Shown in pieces: positions 13,253 through 24,727 of a stretch of 64,000 bases of DNA. Position numbers and translations under genes: made by a program. Source of the DNA: the human T2T-CHM13v2.0 reference genome, Homo sapiens; the NCBI RefSeq assembly GCF_009914755.1, contig NC_060925.1; one strand, written 5' to 3'. Numbering within the stretch: the first letter of the stretch is position 1; each line of letters begins with the position of its first letter. The notes under the pieces are model-generated. The model saw only the letters and a list, made by a program, of their open reading frames with translations, did not search any database and was not told the origin of the DNA.

Positions 13253-13767
13253 CAGCTGACACATGAATAACACAGGTTTGAATGGCACGGGTCCACTTCT
13301 ACGTGGGTTTTCTTCTGCCTCTGCTGCCCTTGAAACAGCAAGACAGACCCCTCCTCTTCCACCTCCTCCTCCTCAGCCTACTCAACATGGAGACAATGAG
13401 GACAAAGACCTTTATGATGATCCACTTCCACTTAATGAATAGGAAATACATTTTCTCTTCTTTATGATTTTCTTAATAGCATTTTCCTTTTTTGCATCAT
13501 ATAATATATACAACATACAAAATAGGAATAGGAAATACATTTTCCTTCTTTATGTTTTCTTAACCGGATTTTCCTTTTTCACAGTATATAATATATACAA
13601 CATACAAAATATGTGTTAATTGACTCTTGACTATGTTATCAGTAAGGCTTCCAGTCAACAGAAGGTTATTAGTAGTTAAGTTTTTGGGGAGTAAAAAGTT
13701 ATATGTAAATTTTTGACTGTGTGAGAAGTTGGCGCCTCTAAGCCCCGCATTGCTCAAGGTTCAACTA
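13253..13767. mobile_element. Tigger2a/MER28 DNA transposon with internal tandem duplication
   Basis: Terminal inverted repeats cagctgacacatgaataa / tgctcaaggttcaacta with TA flanks. Confidence 0.85.
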
Positions 13768-14608
13768 TATAATTTTAAATGGCTTCGAGTCTGACGATCT
13801 GAGAATTCTGTTCTATATGCTTCTTCTGAAAGCTTTAGGATTTCTGCAGTGTGAAGTACCAAGTGATGGTCTCCTGTGGACCTTCGTGTGCCACGGCACC
13901 ACCACATACGTGATGTTCATATGGAAGACCCTGTGAGCAGCTGGTTGGTGGGAGGCCCTAGTGGCTGGCTCGACACAACCCGGGTCATTGTGCCAATAGC
14001 AGAACTCATACCTCATCTTGCATGGCCACTCAGCCACACCTGTCCCAGAGACTCCACCCTTCACCTGCACTTGTCCTTGCAGACAGTCCTTGAGTCACAA
14101 AGAAAGCACTGGAAGAATCAGATAAGAAAATTATGGAATGATTGTTTGCAGAATCTGTGTTGACTTAGAGCAAGTTGCAAATGGGAGACATAAGGAGCAG
14201 AAGCAGGCAGGCCATGCTGAGAACAGAGAAAGCCAGGGCTTGTTTGATCTCCTTGGTTCACTGCTTGCCTGATATCCTGTAAATAAATGGGAATTTGCAT
14301 TAAAACATCACCTGGCAGTGTTCCTTTTCAGCAAACACTGTGTTAAGGATCTGTGCTCACCTGAGAACTAATGCAGAATGGTCATGTTGTAACTTTCAGT
14401 CACCTCTGTGAAAAACCTGGCCACATTCAGAAGAGAAAGCATACATACATTTCCACTCACATGATAGGCCTGTTTATGGTCTGTATGTATTGAAAGAGTA
14501 AGAACAATAAATACCTAAGGCAGAATTTCATATCCTGACTCCACAGCAAATCCCAAAAGTGACTAGGGACCATCAGTAGGCCAACATGACCAGCAGGACC
14601 TAACCTTA

Positions 14609-14866
<258 letters not shown>

Positions 14867-15233
14867 CTACCATGGGAGAGAGACTTTCAAGGTCTTTGTG
14901 AGTTTGGCCTTCAGAAATTCAAACCTTGCGGCTTGAGTATATGCATAGGATATAAGAACTAGAAGAAAGCTAAAAAATTATTACTTATTTTATGGTATAG
15001 GTGAGTAAACTGTCCCTGCAAAATGCAGTGATGTGTACCAAGTAAACATATAATTAGTAGTACAGCTGGTTAGATTCGCTGCTGAATTGTATCCTCCCCA
15101 AAGGAAGCCTATTTTTCATAAATACTGAAATACTTCATCAGATCTTTGTTGAATGGAGATTGAGAAAGGTCTAAGGAACAGAGAGAAAGAGACACTTCAA
15201 AAAATGCAATGAGTTCATTCAAGCTTCCTGATG

Positions 15234-15897
15234 ATGGTGAGCGTGTGACATCTTGATATTTACAGTACAATTAATTCTGGACACTGGATCTTCATAACCT
15301 CAGTTGCCCTTGGGAACCTGGTGCTTCTTTTCTTCCATCCCCATCTCTGGGTGGCCATTTGGAGCTGTCTTCTTTATGGCTGGGACAAGTGGGAACTCTC
15401 CCTCTTATTTCTGCAGCATGTTGGTGAAAAGCTCTCAGCAAAAGGTTCTGGCTAAGGGTAAACCAAGCCTTTGCTTCCAGAGGCTGGAAGATCATGTAGG
15501 TCTAGATTATCGTCGAGTCAGTGGGCAGCAAGGCTAATGTTCATGCATCCTGTCCCATTCCAAAATCCCAGTCTCATCTAGAAAATCCATCTCTTTGGAC
15601 AGGTCAACACTGATACAATGCACTTAGATTTGGAAGAAATGTCCAGTATGTTTGTGGGGGTAACCATTAGGTTAGAGTGGGCAAGAAGATCAGTGTGAGA
15701 CCATAGTTAATACTCTTCCCAAGGGAAAACTCAGTGAGGTTCCTGCCTGCACTGATGCCAATGTGGGGCTCATTGGCCACCCAGAGACAGGGATGGAAGA
15801 AAAGAAGCACCAGGTTCCCAAGGGCAACTGAGCTTATGAAGATCCAGTGTCCAGAATTAATTGTCCTGTAAATATCAGGATGTCACATGCTCACCAT
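15234..15897. repeat. Inverted repeat: two 124-bp arms (15234-15357 and 15774-15897), 416-bp spacer
   Basis: Manual reverse-complement alignment gives 118/124 identity with no gaps. Confidence 0.95.
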
Positions 15898-17403
15898 ATT
15901 CTGTTCTCCCCTCTGTTCTGTCCATATCAGAAGCACAATATTCAACTCTGGGTAGAGGACTTTAAGAAGCTTGTTGGAAAATGTCCCTCCTAAATGCCCT
16001 AAATGTGTGCAGAATACTGCTTAGGGTGGTGAGAAACACTCCTAATCTTGACGAGAGAATAATAGAAAATACAAGAGATGTTTTGTATGGAGAAGAGAAA
16101 TACTTGAGATGGACATAAAAGTAATGTTCCAGTATGTAAAGAGCTGCCCAGAACAAGTTGGGATTTTTCTTATTCTTATGGCTCTAAAGAACAAAACTAG
16201 GAGCAGATTTATTTTCCATATGAATACAAACTTTTCAACAAAACAAGAAAAAGCATCCTAAATATTGAACACGGTTCATAAAGCAGTGTCTCCCATACAC
16301 AGGAGTCTAAGGAGAAACTAGGAAATTATAAGCAAAGATGTCAAGGGTATTTCTTCCTCTACTAAGAGTGCCACAGAGGATCTTTAAGGCCTCTGACAGC
16401 CTTAAGATTCAAGAGCTCTGTGCCTGGAGGTAGAAGAGAGACAAATTATGAGCCTCTGCATGACATATTTCTTTTTCATTTCCTGGCCATTCAATTGCAC
16501 TGCTAAGTGGACTCTTAGTTGGGGAAGGCACTTAGGTACCAAGCTAATCAGATGTCGGAGAAGACACATTCAAGTGAATTTTGTGCAGGACAGAACAAAA
16601 TTCAGAAAGGCAAGCAGCTGCTCAGAGACTATATTCCTCATGTCCTCTTGGGACACCTCCTCTTGTATGTGACTTGTCTAGTAGGGTAAGTTTTTCTGTT
16701 GCAATTTCAATTCATCTTCCCTCCTCCTAGTTACCCATGAAAGGCTGCTCTTTAGGGGTGTGAGGACCTAAAGCCATTTGTTTACTGGAAGGAATAAAGA
16801 CAGAGCAAATAACTGTCGTATTTCACTGGGTCATACCCTTCCTCATACATACAGCCTCAAAGAAAAAAAATCCTCCTCTTACCATATGCATTTTATTTTT
16901 ACTCTCTGTTCATGGGATTTCAAAGTGTAGCCTTGAAATAATTACATTTTTGCAAAACAATAACTCTGGAATAAGCTTACCAGATAGTATTTGGAGAAAG
17001 AAGAGTCCCCCGTAAGCTGCACTCTACAGAGCCAGGGTCAAATGAATTTCTTCTTTCTTGAAAATAACCTAAGCCATCTTGAGACTTGGAGCTAGAATTC
17101 TAGAAAAAACAGAGAATCTAGAACACCCAGTGTGAAGCCACCTGACTCAAGGGGACTGAGGAGCTTATTCAGCCATTCACGTCAGTGATGGACAGGAAGA
17201 GAACGTGAAAGTCCTGAGCACTCAAGCCAAACTCTCACCTTCAGTTGTGGTAAGATGACGGCAATAACACCTTGCATTTACTTAATACATGACAATTTTA
17301 TTATACATTTAAGACCTTTACATTTTATAAGTCTGGCTGTTGAAATGGTTTACAAAATATTTTACAAAATTTTAAAAAATAAAGTTTAGAAACTCCAGGT
17401 GGC

Positions 17404-17609
17404 CCTTCTACCATGAGAGGACACAGTGAGAAGACACTATCTATGAGAAAGAAGACCCTTGCCAGGCACTTAATCTGCTGGTGCCTTGATCTTCAACTTT
17501 CCAGCCTCCACAGTTGTAAGAAGTAAATTTTGATTGTTTATAAGATAAAAAAAAAAAAAAAGAAGAAGAAGAAGAAGAGGAGGAGGAAGGAGAAAGGAAG
17601 AAAAAGAGA
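17404..17609 (+). mobile_element. Retroposed, polyadenylated MLT1A/MSTD-like LTR fragment
   Basis: MaLR LTR 3' part, then poly(A) decaying into (GAA)/(GGA); 16-bp TSD agaaactcca(g/a)gtggc at 17388-17403 and 17610-17625. Confidence 0.85.
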
Positions 17610-17887
17610 AGAAACTCCAAGTGGCTTTTACAAAGTCACCTCAGCAGTAAGAGGCAGAACTAAGACTCAAACCTATGTCTTCCACCTCTAAGGCCAGTCA
17701 TCTTTCTACTATAAAGCACCTGTCCTCTGTAACAAGTGTTATTTGCTTACATTTTCTTTATTTCTTTACTTTTTAAAAACCTTTTTAGCAATATTCCTTT
17801 TGGAAATTTTAAACTAAATTTCAGCATTGCTTAGCTTTCATAGAAAAACTCTGTTCTGTGGAAGCCATGGAGCTATTTAAGGCTTGG

Positions 17888-18291
17888 AGGATTTCCCATA
17901 ACAAAGTACCACCAACTGGGTGGCTTACACTACAGAAACTTATTGTCTCGCAGCTCTGGAGGCCAGAAGTCCAAGATCAAGGTGTTGATAGAGTTGGCTC
18001 CTTCTGAGGGCTGTGAGGAAAGGGTCTGTTCCAGGCCTCTCTCCTTGACTTGTAGATGGCTGGGTTAATGTTCACACACAGTGTTCTGTGCGTGAGTCTC
18101 TGTTTTCAAATGCCTCCTTTTTATAAGAACATTAGTCATATTGGATTAGGGGCCCACCCTACTGCAGCATGACCTTATCTTAACTAATTACATCTGCAAT
18201 GACCCTATCTTCAAATAAGGTCACTTTCTGAGATACCCGGGGTGAGAAGTCCAACATATATTTATTGGAAGACACAATGCAACTCACAGCA
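17888..18291 (-). mobile_element. MLT1B/MLT1C-like solo LTR
   Basis: ccataacaaagtaccaccaactgggtggctta...ggattaggggcccaccctact...gacacaatgcaactcacagca. Confidence 0.85.
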
Positions 18292-18537
18292 GAAGGTATC
18301 CTAGAAATCACTATAAAATGGACATTACCATAAAACGCCATTATCCCCCTTTTTTTCTACCTAATACGTTTGCTCACAAGACAAGAATGCACGTAAACAT
18401 GTTAACATGTATGTTTGAGCATGTGCATGGATATGCACATATAGCACAAACAAAGAAGGGGTAGTTAACTAAGGCAACAAGGCAGCATGACCTACCAGAC
18501 TCACACACTGGGTGATGAGGTTAAAGAATATCTGTAG

Positions 18538-18869
<332 letters not shown>

Positions 18870-21832
18870 TCTAGTTTTATTCTCAAAATGCTCTCTAAAA
18901 AAAAAGAACCTGAAGATGGTAATTCAGACAGAACTGTTCACTGTCAGTGCAGAAATGTATGCCTCCCAGAAGGATGTGCATGTTACAGAGGATCCCCCTG
19001 AACAGGGGATGATGGCTAGCACACAGGAATGCATTATTAATGATGAAATTGCAGTCTCCACCAAATAAATACTAAGGGAAATATTTGGCTGGGGGAGGGC
19101 AGTCTTCCCAGCTTTCTGGAATAATGGAGTCTGCCTGGCCACAAAAGGCCCCCACCCCATTCATCACTCAAAGCTGGCTTTGCTTCTGGGGAGAGAGGCT
19201 TTCCCCACCCAATTATGCTCCATGCTTCCAGTTAGACTGCCAGGCATACATTCCCCTGGGCACTGGCCTTCTCCAATTTCCAAAGAGAAAACACTTTCAA
19301 CTGTCAGAAAGATGAACTTGACTCTGTCAATTGTGAAAAATAAGTCATAGTTCTATTTGGGAGTTTTTTGGACAATATAAGTGTACAAATTTATCATCAA
19401 GAAAGAAAATAAAACACAAGTGTGCTTCTCCCACCCACCTCCTCCCTCCTTATTGTTCCCCAAACATCTGCTCAATGCACAGCTCTAGTGCCGGCCATGA
19501 CCGACCCCATTCAGCGTGCCCAGACTCATCGCTCCTGGTGAGTTTCCGGGAACCTCAGTATACATTTTTTAAAAATCACAGTGCTTGTGATTAGCTGCTC
19601 CAGTCACACCTGCTGTCTGGAGTTGTACACATTGTTAAGACATTGTGGCCCTATAACCTTCAGAAACAATCTAGCGCAGGTGCTACCAACAGAGCCCATC
19701 TCTGGGGCTCAGTGGAATTACAATGACCTGCAGAAGTGTGCACCAGGGGCCTCTAATCAGGTCAGAGCTGATTGCTCCACAGCCTAGAAACATGTTGTAA
19801 ATATATATTGCAGACACATCGGAGAGCCCACTCCTAGGCAGTGAGGGGGCTGCCTGCTCTGCCTACAGCTTTAACAGGCAAGACCCAGGGCTGGGTCTCA
19901 CACGTTCTCTAGGCAAGTACCTGCAGCTCCTTTAAGATGTGCATGTCTCACTGCTAAGCTTGGGCCACTCGCAGAAGAGTTTTGTTAGTAATTTTCAACC
20001 CAACCTAAACATCACCATGAAGTCCATGGGGATCTCCGATAGGTAATGGAAGGGGGATGGCCTGAACCCTGACCTCAGTAAGTGGGACAAACACGAGGGT
20101 CTTTTCTCACCTCTTTTCTCTTTATTATACTCCACTTCTGCAGATTCATAGCCAGAGATCACAGGAGGGTTTGGCTTTGTTTTTTTTTAAGTCATAAGGT
20201 ACCAAATGAGACTCAGCTGAGCCAGTCTAATGCAGACAGTTATCTCCAGACTGTGAGACCAAGCTGGAGCCCAGATTAGCAAGCCTCACAGACTCCGCAC
20301 CAAAGGCCTGGGAAATGCTCTCTTCCCTGATCTCGAGGGACATGACCTTCTTTTCATTCCTGTGGTCACAAATAGACATAAGGCTATTAACCTTATTAGG
20401 CCTAAGATGTGTCTAGCTTGGGAGAGATATGCAAAGAGCTCTGAGATTTCTTCAGCATCGGCTGGCCTGCAAATCCTAGGATGCCATTTTTAAAGGGGGC
20501 TGTCTGTGGCTATTTGTGGCAAAGGCTGAGATAATTTCAGATAGCACTAGATACTAAAAGAGGAAGTGATTGCGTGGTTTAAGCCTGGACACAGGTTGAA
20601 GAATAGCCCAAGTGAAGTCTCTCTGTGGCATTGACTACCTCTGCCTGCTCTTGAGGAATTTGTCAGCTGCCATTCACCTGCCATTTTTCTGGGAGCTCAG
20701 GGCCATCATAGGTGCTGGGTAGAAACAGGCAAGACCTCAGTAACCATGGCAGAGGTCCTAGCAGCCTCTCTCAGCCTTTCTCCACCTGCCAGGGGTTCTG
20801 GCAGAGAATTAAGCTCCTACAGAAAATTATTTGAGTGGTTATGTTTTTTCAGTATTCCTAGAATACTCCATGGCTAGTGCTACTCTAGAGACCTAGGAGA
20901 GACATTAATACACTAGATACCTGAGGGCATCGGGGCTTAATTCTCCCAGGGAATCCCAGGTGAGAAAGATACGTTGTGTAACTTGATTGTCCAGTTTTCT
21001 GGTGGCCCTACTACTTCGACTACTTCAATGACAAGAAACTGCAGAGACAACCTTCTGGCTTCTGTGCATCGGTGGGATGTGCCACTTAGGGAGTGGAAGC
21101 AGGTACATGTGAAAAGACATTTGGACTGTAACTTGCTGGGACACTCCTGTTTCTAGATAAGCATCCAGCTCCCATTTGGCCACTGAGAGACGTGCTGAAG
21201 GAGTGAGCTACGCTTAGCTCAGCTTTGTATGGGTGCTTTTTCATTCCAGGGCGTATGCCTAGTTATTAATAGCTTATGCCGGGTGTGGTGTCTCCCTAAT
21301 CCCATCACTTTAGCCTGCATTGCTAGTCTCTGTGTTCCAGTCCATAGCAGGCTCTCATTGGCACATCTGGGTCTAGGGGTGCTTGGCCAGAAGAATAATC
21401 CACTGTTCCCAAGCCACAGCTTCATGCGCTGAATAACACTCTGACTTAAAGAGCTGGATATGTCGATTTTGCTTCTTTCTGACAATGAAGATTAGTTCTT
21501 GCGAAAGTTAATGTTTCATCTCATGGAATACAGAGAAACGGGGAGGACAATTTAGCAATAATACATCTGGGTGGGGAAGAATCAAGTTAATCTCTTGCTA
21601 AGCCTAGGAGAGATTTGGGTGGGGGAAGGGCAGGAAAGAGACCAAAACATACATTCAGAAGTAAAAAAGAGTCAAAGAGAAGATGTAGCATGTCAGTATA
21701 AAAACTATGTGGATTATCTTTCTCCAGTTATAAAGGTCAGTATTACTTCTCTAAATTACACTGGATTCGTCATGTGCAAAAGTAAAACTCATTTTATTAA
21801 GAGAGGGCAGGATGAGACTTGCCCTTGGGCGA

Positions 21833-22028
21833 TAGGGTCGCCACGGGTGACACAGGATGCCCTGTTAAACCGGAATTTCAGGAAAACAACAATTTTTAGT
21901 GTCACCTTAAGTATATCCTATGCAATATTTGGGACACACTTATACCAAAACTAACCGTTATTTACCTGAAATTCCAGTTTAACTGGGTGTGCTGTATTGT
22001 TTTTCTTTTTGCTCAATCTAGCAACTTA
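21833..22028. mobile_element. MER53 palindromic hAT MITE
   Basis: tagggtcgcca...aagtatatcctatgcaatatttgggacacactta...tctagcaactta; self-complementary arms. Confidence 0.85.
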
Positions 22029-22324
22029 GCTTGGAGGACAGACAATAGCAAGTAACGGGGATTTGTCCCGCCTGGGTGTCTGCCACCAGTTTGCCTGTCG
22101 TGGAGCTTGCCTGCATTATTTAACATGTCTGTGCTTCCATTCATTCATGTGAAAATTGAAACAAGCGTACTGCCAGGTGGCCATGGACATAGATATGTCC
22201 AGGATCTGGTTTCAAAGCAGTTCAAAAAAAAAAAAAAAAATCAGTCATCGAATACAAGGTTGAAGGACAGAGACCTGTTTCCCGTGTTTGGAGGAGAGGT
22301 TGATCCGGATGGATCCGCAGTGAT

Positions 22325-22600
22325 TTTTTTTTTTTTTTTTTTTTGAGACGGAATACAGTGGCACCATCTTGGCTCACTGCAACCTCCGCCTCCCAGGTTC
22401 AAGTGATTCTCCTGCCTCAACCTCCTGAGTAGCTGAGACTACAGGTGCCCGCCACCATGCCCGGCTAATTTTTTGTATTTTTAGTAGAGATGGGGTTTCA
22501 CCATGTTAGCCAGGATGGTCTTGATCTCCTGACCTCATGATCCGCCCACCTCGGCCTCCCAAAGTGCTGTGATTACAGGTGTGCGACACCGCGCCCGGCC
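22325..22600 (-). mobile_element. Alu (AluSc/Y-like) with a small right-arm deletion
   Basis: Antisense Alu; TSD cgcagtgat at 22316-22324 and 22601-22609. Confidence 0.93.
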
Positions 22601-22908
22601 CGCAGTGATCTTAATGTGCTGATGGATCACTTGTGACTCTCCACTGAGGAGCCACACCCCCTATGTAGGTCCGATGTAGGACCCACAGACCATATCAACA
22701 TCCAGGGCTGGGGGTTGGGGACTCAAATATGTTCTCCTCACTAGGCAAACCTTGAAATTGCTGAATTGTGCAGTGGGACAGAGTTGTCAGTTGTCTATCT
22801 ATCTGGGACTGAGGACCTTCAGAAAATAAAGCTTATTTTAAGGGGAGACTCAGACTCAATGAGCTTGACTCCGTAAGGAACCTTTACTTCAAGGAGGGAA
22901 GAAGAATT

Positions 22909-24727
22909 GTTTTCGTATTTTTTTGGTGGAGACGGGGTTTCGCTGTGTTGGCCTGGCCGGTCTCCAGCTCCTAACTGCGAGTGATCCGCCAGCCTCGGCC
23001 TCCCGAGGTGCCGGGATTGCAGACGGAGTCTCGTTCACTCAGTGCTCAATGGCGCCCAGGCTGGAGTGCAGTGGCGTGATCTCGGCTCGCTACAACCTCC
23101 ACCTCCCAGCCGCCTGCCTTGGCCTCCCAAAGTGCCGAGATTGCAGCCTCTGCCCGGCCGCCACCCCGTCTGGGAAGTGAGGAGCGTCTCTGCCTGGCCG
23201 CCCATCGTCTGGAATGTGAGGAGCCCCTCTGCCTGGCTGCCCAGTCAGGGAAGTGACGAGCGTCTCTGCCTGGCCGCCATCCCATCTAGGAAGCGAGGAG
23301 CGCCTCTTCCCGGCCGCCATCCCATCTAGGAAGTGAGGAGCGTCTCTGCCCGGCCGCCCATCGTCTGAGATGTGGGGAGCACCTCTGCCCCGCTGCCCTG
23401 TCTGGGATGTGAGGAGCGCCTCTGCCTGGCTGCCCAGTCTGGAAAGTGAGGAGCGTCTCTGCCCGGCCGCCATCCCATCTAGGAAGTGAGGAGCGTCTCT
23501 GCCCGGCCGCCATCCCATCTAGGAAGTGAGGAGAGCCTCTTCCCGGCCGCCATCCCATCTAGGAAGTGAGGAGCGTCTCTGCCTGGCCGCCCATCGTCTG
23601 AGATGTGGGGAGCGCCTCTGCCCTGCTGCCCCATCCGGGATGTGAGGAGCGTCTCTGCCTGGCAGCCGCCTGGTCTGAGAAGTGAGGAGCCCCTCCACCC
23701 AGCAGCCACCCCGTCTGGGAAGTGAGGAGCGTCTCTGCCCGGCAGCCACCTCGTCTGGGAGGGAGGCGGGGGGGTCAGCCCCCCGCCCGGCCAGCCGCCC
23801 CGTCCGGGAGGGAGGTGGGGGGATCAGCCCCCCGCCCGGCCAGCCGCCCCGTCCGGGAGGTAAGAGGCACCTCTGCCCGGCCGCCCCTACTGGGAAGTGA
23901 GGAGCCCCTCTGCCCGGCCAGCCGCCCCGTCCGGGAGGGAGGTGGGGGGGTCAGCCCCCCGCCCGGCCAGCCGCCCCGTCCGGGAGGGAGGTGGGGGGAT
24001 CAGCCCCCCGTCCGGGAGGTGAGAGGCACCTCTGCCCGGCCGCCCCTACTGGGAAGTGAGGAGCCCCTCTGCCCGGCCAGCCGCCCCGTCCAGGAGGGAG
24101 GTGGGGGGGTCAGCCGCCCCGTTCAGGAGGTGAGGGGCGCCTCTGCCCGGCCGCCCCTACTGGGAAGTGAGGAGCCCCTCTGCCCGGCCAGCCGCCCCGT
24201 CCGGGAGGTGTACCCAACAGCTCATTGAGAACGGGCTATGATGACAATGGCGGTTTTGTGGAATAGAAAGGGGGGAAAGGTGGGGAAAAGATTGAGAAAT
24301 CGGATGGTTGCCGTGTCTGTGTAGAAAGAGGTAGACATGGGAGACTTTTCATTTTGTTCTGTACTAAGAAAAATTCTTCTGCCTTGGGATCCTGTTGATC
24401 TGTGACCTTACCCCCAACCCTGTGCTCTCTGAAACATGTGCTGTATCCACTCAGGGTTGAATGGATTAAGGGCGGTGCAAGATGTGCTTTGTTAAACAGA
24501 TACTTGAAGGCAGCATGCTCGTTAAGAGTCATCGCCACTCCCTAATCTCAAGTACCCAGGGACATAAACACTGTGGAAGGCCGCAGGGTCCTCTGCCTAG
24601 GAAAACCAGAGGTCCTTTGTTCACTTGTTTATCTGCTGACCTTCCCTCCACTATTGTCCTGTGACCCTGCCAAATCCCCCTCTGCGAGAAACACCCAAGA
24701 ATGATCAATTAAAAAAAAAAAAAAAAA
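22909..24727 (+). mobile_element. 5'-truncated SVA retrotransposon (SVA_D-like)
   Basis: Alu-like domain, GC-rich VNTR (about 23145-24210), SINE-R (about 24210-24710) and poly(A); no CCCTCT hexamer head; TSD aagaatt at 22902-22908 and 24728-24734. Confidence 0.97.

Noticed and set aside
13813-14163. Overlapping 85-95 aa ORFs with some CpGs
   Set aside because: No recognisable protein similarity or clear exon boundaries.
15234-15897. Interpreting the inverted repeat as a MITE or DNA transposon
   Set aside because: No TA or 8-bp TSD, no recognised terminal motif, and 95% arm identity is high for primate DNA transposons, which are long extinct; kept as an inverted duplication.
22923-24664. Many overlapping ORFs of up to 168 aa
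   Set aside because: They are translations of the stop-poor SVA VNTR and SINE-R, not genes.
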